IMG/VR virus record: IMGVR_UViG_3300026097_000009
Span: 64,001 to 128,000 of that record
Reading direction: 5' to 3' (one strand)
DNA length: 64,000 nucleotides
Source: a virus
The position numbers and the translations under genes were made by a program. A model generated the notes under the pieces. The model had not been told where the DNA came from. It searched no databases and saw only the letters and a program-made list of their open reading frames with translations. Below, in pieces: positions 49,601-56,228 of the stretch (positions are counted from its first letter, which is position 1; each line of letters begins with the position of its first letter).

Positions 49601-51648
49601 CCGAAGAAAATCTTCCGGGACAAGTTTTAGAAAGTCTTAGTTTTAAAGTATTCACTAAAAAAACAGATGGAGCCGCACCTGTATTATCGAAAATTTATGT
49701 TGCCGACGGAACTTCTTCGACGTATTTTATAGGACAACCAATTTTAGAAAACAGTTCTATTAAAGTTTACTTAAACAAAGTAGAACAAGATGTAACTTCG
49801 GATTTTGAAATTGATTATGTAGATAATTCGATAAGTTTTGTAACAACACCTACTCAAAACGACAAGATTGAAATTTTCAGTATAGGAATCGGCGGTGTTG
49901 GAATAATAGATTATCAGGAATTTATCGGCGACGGCGAAACTGATCAATTTCTAACCAAAGCTCGATTTGATAGCACATCTCAAATTTTTGTAACAGTAGA
50001 TGGAGATCCGGTTACCGGAACTTTCGAAGAAAGCAGTATCACAACCGATACCCAAGGAAAAACATTGGTTAAGTTAACAGTAACTCCTGGTTTTAGAAAT
50101 GTTGTAAAAATCATATGTTTAGAAAGCAATATAGGAGAATTAGAAGGTGTAGTAAGAGTTAATGAGCAACAATTTATATATGACGGCTCGACAAGAAATT
50201 ATCCCGTAGATAATTTTGTAACTTATGAAGGAATAAATGCAACTTCTAGTGTATTGGTTACTAAAAATGGTGCAGAATTAACAGCAGTTGATACAATTGT
50301 AGAAATTTATGACGGAACTAACGACGAAATAGAATTAGGTATTGATCCTGTAGAATTAATTGGTTCGATAACATCTGGTAACATTAAAGTTTATGTTAAC
50401 GATGAATTAAAAGAGTTTGTTATTGATTATGTGTTTGACGGTAATCGTAATGTAATAACTTTAGGCGAAGGCACAGCCAGCATAGGAGACAGAATAAAGA
50501 TCGAAACTAATGTAAGAGCTGACTATGCAATGATCACTTCGTTTGACAGTGCTACTGACGGAGTATTACAGTTATCTGAAGACTTATCGATAAATCCGGG
50601 AGACACAATCGAGATAACATGGTTTGAACAATATCCTTCGATGGATATAATTTCCGATCAATATACTGGCGGACAACTAAAATATAAATTGTCTAGACAA
50701 CCAGTTAGTGTAAATTTTGTTAAGGTGTTCTTAAATGGAGTTAGACTAATACAAGATTTCGATTATTATATCGACGAACCTGGATTAAATGTTTATCTTA
50801 AAGATTTAACCACTACCTCTGATGATTCGATCAAGATAGTCCAGTTTGGTACTTTGTCTTATTCTAGTCCAAGTATCTACGAAATACACAAAGATATGTT
50901 GAATCAATATCAATTTACTAGAATTTCTATCTCTTCTGATATAAAATTAGATAGAAATTTAAATTATTATGATACTGAAATAGTAGTATCAGATACTTCT
51001 ACTTTATTTGAACCTATTAGAGAACTTAACCGTCCCGGTGTTCTTTTAATAGGTAAAGAAAGAATTGAATATTTTGTAAAGACTGGAAATGTTCTTAGCC
51101 AATTAAGAAGAGGCACTAAAGGAACCAGCGTCGGCGAGGTATATCCTGAGGGATCAGATGTAGTTGATGTCAGTCCGTCAGAAGAAATTCCTTACAACGA
51201 AACAATTATAAAAGAAGATTTTGTCAGCGATGGAAGCACAACTTTAATAGGACCGTTGAGCTTTACGCCGTCTAAAACAACTATTACAGGCTGGTACAGA
51301 GATACTATACCTACGGATTATGGTCAATGTGATGATGTAGAAGTGTTTGTTGCCGGTACTAGATTAAGAAAGCAACCGGTTAGTTATTATAGTGAATCTT
51401 TAGGAGATTTAGGTAATGCAGATGCAGAGCAGACTTTAGAAGCAGAATTTTCAACCAATGGCGAAAATGCATACATTAGACTTACCGAAGCACCGCCAGC
51501 CGGCACAAGAATATTTGTAATTAAGAAGCAAGGATATACTTGGTATGACAGGGGATTAACTACCGCATCTGCTGGTATATCACTACTACAGAACGAAACT
51601 GACATTGCAAAATTCTTAAGACAAAAATCTAGTGAATTACCCGAATAA
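37696..51648 (+). CDS. Giant (4650 aa) baseplate-associated structural protein (gp7-like position)
   Basis: Single uninterrupted ORF after gp6; LLP.IF.T..N.KFL N-terminus, FG-GAP-like blades (LVVGAP), CBM-like repeats, G.GY..P.V.I.G.G.GA repeats, EVKPFRT.IR motif, GDG.T repeats. Confidence 0.75.
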   Translation: MAVKKYPESNLPIRQTSDLLPSIFKTEQNEKFLNGTLDALVQPGVLNKITGYVGRRYGKTFNGNDVYSGNDETLRSRYQLETGVTVEENQEVKQFYDYLDFKNILNFFGNNTDIDSVTTDAKHYSWNPPIDWDKFINYRQYYWIPEGPPDVNISGQSQSIVSTYKVRTSDPQNWLITPDGLTPNPTLELYRGQTYKFDINSPDNPFVIRTNYDTGSLLFDSNKAYDLGQLALYSNVLYRATESIPILQGVFNPEQWEIVDAQEQETVLDYNDGVVNNNIESGTVTFTVPLDSPDILYYQSSTEPDRLGQFVIKDIEENSFVDVEKEIIGKETYTSGNGIELTNGLVISFIGQVTPLSYSSGKYLVEGVGDGIRLIQFDDLVVPPTVSSSNLDVIFDNEGFDTQPFDNASTYPGEKDYITINKSSIDRNPWSRYNRWFHKDVLEFAFAQNDSSFSANEDSRAKRPIIEFQPDLQLTNHGGTAKDTVDLIDTFTTDVFSIIEGSQGYNIDNISLYAGARILFTADTDSLVKNKIYEVQFIDHNGTNIIHLAETEDTLPQDNDCVIIRYGQANGGKMFHYANETWIESQSKTEVNQSPLFELFDESGNQFSDITIYDTTTFVGTPIVSYKEGTGNNDAELGFPISYLNISNVGDIEFDYDLDVGSFDYIDNQVLVSKQYSTGYLKFNNEKSYDNCWTVSDNTFHSPIVDSVVISESTTELTLTTVNFKEVTDEQIHLYVNDLKVENYQRSVNTFVFDTALKENDVLTIKIFADVEPVDGYFEIPKGLEQNPLNGDIQEFTLGTAIDHVATAVEFNSSLISTADNSVNKVIGNNNLRDLSGYIQNATRFMKHDGINALALYLLCDKENNVIKSLEYAKSQYRVFKSDFIKNITEEEIFDNPSESVDNIMKKMTDNKTNQSAFKYTDMIGFGAYTSIQLTVDDTEIKTFSLSDNFDLDTSSNKAVYVYLNNVQLFHGYDYEFNSDFGFVTLDVELSEGDIIEIREYLSTVSGFIPATPTKLGLYKKFKPEIFIDDTFVEPKKMIQGHDGSLFAAFDDYRDDIILELEKRIYNNIKISYNENLLDIDSLLSSYYGNGDFEKETFDSIIGKQFLKWISNSTLDYTQNEYLDTENSFTYTYSNMLDPTRSINLPGYWRGVYRWFFDTDRPHTRPWEMLGFSEEPSWWQTEYGPAPYTKGNLVLWEDIENGIIRQGSRAGTYDKYKRPGLTNYIPVDHSGNLQSPLNAGIAKNFVLVNNQGAFKFGDVGPVESSWRYSSDYPFSVIIGLSLLQPFKIISQNLDKVGFTTNLLGQTVDVDTFKFKNVDQINVPTATNITGGIINYVTDYILSQGRTSESLQNVFENFNVRLSHRLSGFVDQDKLNFVLDSKNPRSASESVFLPAENYQLFFNESAPIETLEYSGVIVEKVSTGFKINGYNQNKPYFNYIKPVESKGDPVFEVGGISESFVDWTPEQFYANGTLARFNNRYYRSKQSHTSGTDFDSSLWSALPKLPIEGGVEAFRRRTFSNKIIEVPYGTIFTDIQSVVDFLLGYQKHLESKGFVFDSYDTELKVNRDWLTSAKEFMFWSTHEWATGSLISLSPMSLQVSIRYPVGVSEDIFDSFYDFNIFKSDGTPLKTNEIDVKRSFQTLEVTSKLSNDGIYFLAVNYVLKEHVALFDDRTVFNDVVYEKTSGYRQQRIKVRGFKTADWDGDYTSPGFIFDNVDINDWQPFIDYKLGDIVSYREFFYTSLMNQSGSAEFIESNWTKLDLVPKKELIPNYDYKINQFEDYFNLDSDAVVGSQRELAQHTFGYQPRNYLSNIIQDEVTQFKIYQGYIREKGSLNSISKVFDKISRIDGNSIDVKEEWAFKTNTFGGVNTLTETEFRLPYESFDLSPQPIIIQESDNIEQSNDQYTRITPKEFTINKSPFTKNIFSKKLFNGDSRNAGYVSTLDVDYIVRDIPELLSLDISDISENQNIWITFEDASWNVYRFNRSEILTVENAEVIDNNVEITFNRAHNFSVNDIIGFKQIPGINGLHKVTFAGLKTLRFEITPPLEISFDSSTVIRIYQLTSARYSGYDRISDESISVLNTGSKVWIDENENQKWEVLEKAQLYQDKSIVDYGVSLPVKTGYNVLYLENLKQSVVSIPGSNIVSVLVETANGLAAKQVLQPPTGFNFIDQSFGYGLGVSPDEKYLVIGAPLISDIPTPYKGKYSPSATYASNSIVEHDGKLWRALVGITGADGSTINIYSGDWTEATNIRVDTDETGSGLTSQGLVLVYERSNNRWEFHSSFVSPRPNDNERFGETISISKNGSSYQLAVGAPGALRNRGRIYFFDLVANEWKIQQNVNYRGLYSSDVDTFYPAGSIVYYNNNLWRTSVDVYSDGSTITVENEEWQLIDPVSTHCSLPTNISLPFDGSTIDDSTSKIGILSSEQIAELTKEGDQFGRSFALTSTGNVLVVGAPFSDEKFFQNYRGSWQPFVEYLEGDVVRYQGSYHILTDPSGNDSAITSNNERPDDGLPWENIGDSSRLFIGKVFVYVKNEFGFYDLKQTISSENFDNGPFYVYGTNDDIKGHYYPLYTNESLANSIGETSQAFTFTEYPGVTFYMPSTDINLYKKEQPQNLRNYDDKEVVDLGDQFGYRVDVDGSGSTIVVSSPLSDIELQDQGAVYVFKTDNLVSPHYQLLQKLTSYENYVSEFFGSDVSISKNNEKIVVGAKNSPFVKPTSFDLESGTSFDSGTTNFIFDLGYPGQAYVFERKPERYFLAEKLQSENFQDDESFGSSVDCSSDKVLVGSPDFIVGNSAFGNARLFSNAGLKSISTIGIQTELTDPFEIQNISLFDNFTNTKTGDIEIVDSYKFKFLSLVEQELSFKTMYDPAIYTAGNNETTVQQNQAWFEKNVGKLWLDLSTVKWLNYEQEDVGYRISNWNRTAYGSSVDVYEWVETKLLPSEWAAIADTTEGLSAGISGQPLYADDTVYSQKILYNIETGQTSETLYYYWVKDKKITPNLTTRSISSFDVKTYIENPAAAQIPFVALIDEDKFILYNYETVLRNNETYINFLNKDSEIVNPVHKEYQLLTEGNIEKELSEDLELKWIDSLIGYDLNANKVPDPNLPERQKYGIGFRPRQGMFVDNREALKIVVNRINLILSSQPYVETLDLTDFFDSQEIPNSTLNLYDTSVENFADLDNVGAIRLTSASLQANIVNGEIDTVDIINPGFGYRVPPTVEVIGNGENAEITTVINSIGQVTAVNVVNAGRKYTTVDLKIRAFSVLVESDETSNNFWSVYEYDENRNTFYRSITQDYDVSRYWDYVNWWQDGYGPDSKVSFEIENFSLIPTLNLTSGNLIRIKEYGTGGWVVLEKNESNTGDIGTDFNIVGRQDGTISLKSSLYDDTAFGLGFDSIDSFDTTKYDKEPYLETRKLLYAIKNNIFVNELATEWNKLFFASIKYAFTEQEYVDWAFKTSFVNVKHTVGDLDQPTNYRPDGLDSYLSYLEEVKPFRTSIREFISSYNEIEDTPTITTDFDLPPYYNTNAGKVLSVNQYDSNLQNYPWKYWSDNQGYAITEIEIANAGSGYTNPPSVVITGTGSGASARAFIRNGSVSRIQIINKGYGYTSNTVVSLVGGNGSNPDNAKAVPILGDNLIRNIDTKIKFDRISKNPLYSTLTKEESFIATGNTSVFTLSYAPTRNKNDIVVYRNNQILLNSDYSITLFTQYNNQYTQLKGRLTLTEVPDANDVITVMYNINNELLDSVARINKFYSPLAGMKGKELNQLMTGIDFGGVQIQGNTFDVTGGWDALPWFTDNWDSVESNTDFYVVADGSTTSVTLPYTPESGEIITVYLKRSGSDLVQTIDDLQYSDVPDEPKTVRIDDPYFDQYDGTTVQPNGRTTAPDSALMPSFIGDGSTKTVEIGSYVRTYENDILVFRKLESDGTVTIEDENIVDTNLSGGNLNFAGGAYSTANGTTAEEIVIEGGKFISPEQSTGPEENLPGQVLESLSFKVFTKKTDGAAPVLSKIYVADGTSSTYFIGQPILENSSIKVYLNKVEQDVTSDFEIDYVDNSISFVTTPTQNDKIEIFSIGIGGVGIIDYQEFIGDGETDQFLTKARFDSTSQIFVTVDGDPVTGTFEESSITTDTQGKTLVKLTVTPGFRNVVKIICLESNIGELEGVVRVNEQQFIYDGSTRNYPVDNFVTYEGINATSSVLVTKNGAELTAVDTIVEIYDGTNDEIELGIDPVELIGSITSGNIKVYVNDELKEFVIDYVFDGNRNVITLGEGTASIGDRIKIETNVRADYAMITSFDSATDGVLQLSEDLSINPGDTIEITWFEQYPSMDIISDQYTGGQLKYKLSRQPVSVNFVKVFLNGVRLIQDFDYYIDEPGLNVYLKDLTTTSDDSIKIVQFGTLSYSSPSIYEIHKDMLNQYQFTRISISSDIKLDRNLNYYDTEIVVSDTSTLFEPIRELNRPGVLLIGKERIEYFVKTGNVLSQLRRGTKGTSVGEVYPEGSDVVDVSPSEEIPYNETIIKEDFVSDGSTTLIGPLSFTPSKTTITGWYRDTIPTDYGQCDDVEVFVAGTRLRKQPVSYYSESLGDLGNADAEQTLEAEFSTNGENAYIRLTEAPPAGTRIFVIKKQGYTWYDRGLTTASAGISLLQNETDIAKFLRQKSSELPE

Positions 51649-51651
51649 ATA
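51645..51651 (+). promoter_or_regulatory. Late promoter overlapping the stop of the giant gene
   Basis: ATAAATA-GCTT-ATG. Confidence 0.55.
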
Positions 51652-51655
51652 GCTT

Positions 51656-52306
51656 ATGAAGAAGAAAAAATCTCAGCAACAAGAAGATAAAAAAATGAAA
51701 AAACCTGATGAAGTTACTGGCTGGAAGTTCGATGGCCATATTAAAATTTTTGATCCGGAGACTGATAAAGTTTATGTAGATCAACGAAATGCGATTCATT
51801 ATGAAAATATGAGTATTGCAATTGTGAATTCTTTGTCAAATCAAAATCTTGGTTACATTTATCAGATGGATTTTGGTAACGGCGGAACCAATGTTGATCC
51901 TACCGGCTTAATTGCATATTTGACTCCTAATACTGTAGGTACAAATTCTAGTTTATACAACAAGACATACAGTAAAATAGTGGATCAAAATGCTACCGTA
52001 AACGAAGACCCAATTAGAAATAAAATGGAAATTCGTCATATTGCTGGTGCAACCTATAGCGATATTATTGTAAGTTGTACTTTAGATTATGGCGAACCGG
52101 ACGGACAAGAAGCATTTGATAATAGTCAGGATTTAAATGGTGAATTTGTCTTTGATGAGTTAGGATTAAGATCCTACTCTCCATCAGGAACCGGAAAATT
52201 GTTAACACACGTTATTTTTCATCCTGTACAAAAATCATTAAACAGATTGCTCCAAATTGATTATACAATTAGAGTACAAAGCTTAACAGGCTTCAGCGAG
52301 GAATAA
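51656..52306 (+). CDS. Baseplate/tail-fibre attachment protein
   Basis: 216 aa; GHIKIFD, FGNGG, FVFDELGL, HP.QKS.NR..QIDYT.R; directly precedes the fibres. Confidence 0.6.
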   Translation: MKKKKSQQQEDKKMKKPDEVTGWKFDGHIKIFDPETDKVYVDQRNAIHYENMSIAIVNSLSNQNLGYIYQMDFGNGGTNVDPTGLIAYLTPNTVGTNSSLYNKTYSKIVDQNATVNEDPIRNKMEIRHIAGATYSDIIVSCTLDYGEPDGQEAFDNSQDLNGEFVFDELGLRSYSPSGTGKLLTHVIFHPVQKSLNRLLQIDYTIRVQSLTGFSEE

Positions 52307-52307
52307 T

Positions 52308-54392
52308 ATGCCGTATCAGGTTAATTTTACAGACAGAGAAAATAAAGTACCGATTACTGTTTTCGACAATACTTCAAATGAAGACACCAGCTTAACCATA
52401 CCGGGAAGAAATGTCACCGGCTACGGTCAAATAATTGCTGAAAATTTTGTTTCTTTATTAGAAAATTTTGCAAGTGAAACTGCACCAGCTAACCCTATTG
52501 AAGGACAGTTGTGGTACGACGTAAGCAATAACACTCTTCAAATTTACGATAGTACTAATTGGAAAGCAGCCAGTAGCATACAAAAAAGCATAACCGAACC
52601 GAGTGTAGAAACTGCTAATGTAGGTGAACTTTGGGTTGACACTATTAATCAACAACTTTATATTTTCAGCGGAACACGCTGGATTTTGGTAGGCCCTAAC
52701 TTTAGCTCGGGATTAAGAAGTGGACCTATTGTAGAACAAATTGTTGACAGTGACAACTTAGACAGAATTATATTAACATTCTATATCGACGATAATCCTA
52801 TATTCATTGTTAGTAAAGATACATTTACACCTAAAACAAGTATTGCAGGATTTACTACTATCAGTAGTGGATTAAATATTACCGATTCAAATGTCGATGT
52901 TGCAGGATTGGATGCTATCTTAAACAGTAGAGCCCAGTCGGCAGATGCATTAAACATCTCAGGCACTGAAGTTCCTGCTACAAGATTTTTAAGATCAGAT
53001 GTTGTTAATACTTTAGAACAAGGTCTTAATATTAGAAATAATTCTGGTATTACTTTAGGAGCAGACGGTAATGTCTCTCTATCCAACACAGCGGCGGGTG
53101 TAAGGTTATATAATAACTCTCCAGGCAGCAGTATTGATTTACAAACTAATAGAGATGGTACACCATCGACTGTTTTGCGTGTTCAAAATCAAAATATAGG
53201 TATTAACAAACAAGATCCGGACTTTGCGTTAGATGTTGTAGGTGATATTGCTTTGACTGGAGAACTAACAGTTTCTAATACAACAGAATCTACAAATTTC
53301 TCTAACGGATCTATTCAGACAGCCGGCGGCGTAGCTGTATCTAAGAATTTGTTAGTAGGAACAACTGGTGACATCCAAGGAACTTTAACAACATCTAATG
53401 TTGAGCCTAGAGTCACAGAAACTTATGATTCTGGGACTGCAACAAAGCGATGGAATACAGTAAGAGCAAAAACAATTATAGCAGACGAGTTACAAGGTGT
53501 GTTATCCGGTAATATTGTAGGTAACGCCAGCACCGCTACCAACTTACGATTTGCAACTTCTTTTCAGCTTTCGGGCGATGTAACTTCGCAAAGCGTACAG
53601 TTCGACGGACAAGTAGGCGGACTTACTAAAATTTTTAATACAACTCTTACAACAGACATTATTAGTGGAAAGTCCGAACCTACCGGTGTATATGGGTTAC
53701 GATCAGTAAAAGATGACTTTGTTTTAGTATTTAGAGCAGGATCCGGACTTTTAAAAGTCAAAAGAGATAATTTTATAGCCGATCTGGGAGTTCCAATCGG
53801 AACAATACTTCCTTTTGCAGGTGCGAATGCCCCATACGGATATCTTTTATGCGATGGTAGTGAAGTAGAAAGATTGAAGTATCAGAATTTGTATGATGTT
53901 ATTTCAACAACTTATGGAACTCCAGCAGTCGGATTCGATACATTTGTTCTTCCGGATTTAAGAGGAAGATTCCCTCTAGGTAGAGATAATATGGATAACG
54001 GTGAGATTGTGCCTGATGATTCCGGAGCATTTGTAGACGCTGGCGGCGGAAATGCTGACAGGGTTGCTGGTACAGCGGCAGATAATCTCGGCGGCTCCGG
54101 CGGACAAAGCACTAACACATTAAGTGTAACTAACTTGCCAGATCACGAACATAACATGCAAGGTAGTACCGGCGAACAATATTATGCAGTTCGACCAGAT
54201 ACTGCTAACCCGTTAGATGACGGAGCATCATTAAGAGTAGGTCCTACTGTTGCAGGACAAATGCAATATCTTCCAAGTTCCGGAGGTGTAAAAACCGCAG
54301 ATATTTTAGGAGATGCTTTTGCGTTAATGAATCCATATCTGACTATTAATTACATTATAAGATCTGGACCACCAGCTGAGGATTATATCTAA
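52308..54392 (+). CDS. Tail fibre with C-terminal phage tail-collar domain
   Basis: Shared N-terminal LLENFA...P..GQLWYD module; PIGTILPFAG..AP.GYLLCDG, LPDLRGRFPLG, NPYLTINYII. Confidence 0.85.
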   Translation: MPYQVNFTDRENKVPITVFDNTSNEDTSLTIPGRNVTGYGQIIAENFVSLLENFASETAPANPIEGQLWYDVSNNTLQIYDSTNWKAASSIQKSITEPSVETANVGELWVDTINQQLYIFSGTRWILVGPNFSSGLRSGPIVEQIVDSDNLDRIILTFYIDDNPIFIVSKDTFTPKTSIAGFTTISSGLNITDSNVDVAGLDAILNSRAQSADALNISGTEVPATRFLRSDVVNTLEQGLNIRNNSGITLGADGNVSLSNTAAGVRLYNNSPGSSIDLQTNRDGTPSTVLRVQNQNIGINKQDPDFALDVVGDIALTGELTVSNTTESTNFSNGSIQTAGGVAVSKNLLVGTTGDIQGTLTTSNVEPRVTETYDSGTATKRWNTVRAKTIIADELQGVLSGNIVGNASTATNLRFATSFQLSGDVTSQSVQFDGQVGGLTKIFNTTLTTDIISGKSEPTGVYGLRSVKDDFVLVFRAGSGLLKVKRDNFIADLGVPIGTILPFAGANAPYGYLLCDGSEVERLKYQNLYDVISTTYGTPAVGFDTFVLPDLRGRFPLGRDNMDNGEIVPDDSGAFVDAGGGNADRVAGTAADNLGGSGGQSTNTLSVTNLPDHEHNMQGSTGEQYYAVRPDTANPLDDGASLRVGPTVAGQMQYLPSSGGVKTADILGDAFALMNPYLTINYIIRSGPPAEDYI

Positions 54393-54393
54393 T

Positions 54394-56220
54394 ATGGCAT
54401 ACACAATTAATAAATCAGACGGAACAATATTAGCTTCGGTCCCTGATGGACAGTTAGATCAGTTTTCGACTGATTTAGCATTAATAGGAAAGAATTATAG
54501 CGGTTTCGGCGAAGTTTTCAATGAAAATTTAGTTAAACTTCTTGAAAATTTTGCAGATAGTTCTGCACCTGATAATCCTATTTCAGGACAATTATGGTTT
54601 GATACAACAGAACTCAAATTAAAAGTTTATAGCGGAACAGGATTTGTACCGGTTAGTTCCGCTACAATTTCAGAATCTCAACCCTCTGATTTAGGAGCTG
54701 GCGATTTATGGTTTAATAACGTTGATAGTCAACTGTACTTTTTTGATGGAACAAACATTATTCTTTTAGGACCTGATTACAGCTCTAGCCAAGGAATATC
54801 GGGATTAAAAGTTGAAAATATCTTAGATACCTTGAATCAAAACAGAGTTGTAACTTTTTTATATAATAATGGAATATTATTAGGTATCTTTTCAAAAGAC
54901 ACATTTACACCTAAAAATCCTATTGCTGGGTTCAGTGGAAGCATTATTCCTGGCTTCAACGCAGGAACATTAGATGGACTAAAGTTTGATGTTACTGTTA
55001 CTAATTCGGAACAGTTAGGATCACAACCCGCAAGCTCTTATGTAAGAAACGATACTTCTAATATTGTTAACGGACAATTAATTCTTGCATCGAATTTAGG
55101 ACTAATTATAGGTGACGGCTCTCAAGCTCAGGTGTTTGTTAGTGATGGTAATATTTTCTTTGCAAACATTGCTCGAGAAAAAGATATAAGTTTCAATGTA
55201 AGAAAAGCAGTAGAATCAGAATCCGCCATAAAAATAAGTTCTGCAACACGCCAGGTTAGTATATACGAAGATTTTACAGATAGCAAACTATTTACAGGCG
55301 GAGATGTAGAAATCACCGGCGATGTTACCATTAAAGGTAATCTAGTAATTAATGACGGGGATGTTGCCCAAATTAAAACTTCAGAATTGTTGGTAGAAAA
55401 TAAAGCAATTATATTAGCAGAAACTGGAGATAGTGCGTCGAACACAGATGAATATGCCGACGGCGGCGGGATGATTTTAAAAGGAGCAAGCCCCCACGAA
55501 TTTTTATGGAATAGAAATACTGAGGCATGGGAAAGTACTGAACATATTAATCTTGCTACAGGCAAAGCAATTAAAGTCAACGGAGTTACTGTAATTGACG
55601 GTTCTAGTTTAGGACCAGGTATTACCAGCATTCCGGGTGTAACCAGTTTTGGTACGCAGACTACTGTGTCAGTAGGACCTATTTTATCTCCAGGAAATCC
55701 TCCAACAACTTATTTGCAAATACAATCTAATAGAATTTCAACGGTTACTGATAACTTAGATTTAGAATTAGATCCTAACGGAACTGGAAATATTGCATTA
55801 ATTGACAGTCCGAAGATTACAGGGTTAGCAGATCCGACATCTGATCAGGACGCTTCAACTAAAAAGTATGTAGACGATACTGTTGAAAGCAGGCCTTTGG
55901 CATTTAGTTTAGATATCTCTGATGGTTTACCAAACTCCGGTATTGCGGCAATACTTGAAGACATTGCTCCTGTTGCTGATTATGCAGAAGGAACATATGC
56001 AAGGGTTCTTTGCAGTTCTGCATCCAACAGTCCTAACACAGTTGATGTTCAAAGTAATGTTAGTGTTAACCAAACAGAGGTAAACACTCCAACAGGAACA
56101 GCATTTGTTGTAGGTAATTTTGCAATATCTGATGTGACAGTTCCTGGACAGGCAATATCTATTACCAGGGTAACAAAAATATTTAGAATTGTTTCTGGAG
56201 CATGGACGTTTATTTCGTAG
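54394..56220 (+). CDS. Tail fibre (paralogue 2)
   Basis: Shared N-terminal module; DPT.DQDA.TK.YVD motif. Confidence 0.8.
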   Translation: MAYTINKSDGTILASVPDGQLDQFSTDLALIGKNYSGFGEVFNENLVKLLENFADSSAPDNPISGQLWFDTTELKLKVYSGTGFVPVSSATISESQPSDLGAGDLWFNNVDSQLYFFDGTNIILLGPDYSSSQGISGLKVENILDTLNQNRVVTFLYNNGILLGIFSKDTFTPKNPIAGFSGSIIPGFNAGTLDGLKFDVTVTNSEQLGSQPASSYVRNDTSNIVNGQLILASNLGLIIGDGSQAQVFVSDGNIFFANIAREKDISFNVRKAVESESAIKISSATRQVSIYEDFTDSKLFTGGDVEITGDVTIKGNLVINDGDVAQIKTSELLVENKAIILAETGDSASNTDEYADGGGMILKGASPHEFLWNRNTEAWESTEHINLATGKAIKVNGVTVIDGSSLGPGITSIPGVTSFGTQTTVSVGPILSPGNPPTTYLQIQSNRISTVTDNLDLELDPNGTGNIALIDSPKITGLADPTSDQDASTKKYVDDTVESRPLAFSLDISDGLPNSGIAAILEDIAPVADYAEGTYARVLCSSASNSPNTVDVQSNVSVNQTEVNTPTGTAFVVGNFAISDVTVPGQAISITRVTKIFRIVSGAWTFIS

Positions 56221-56228
56221 GATAAAAC

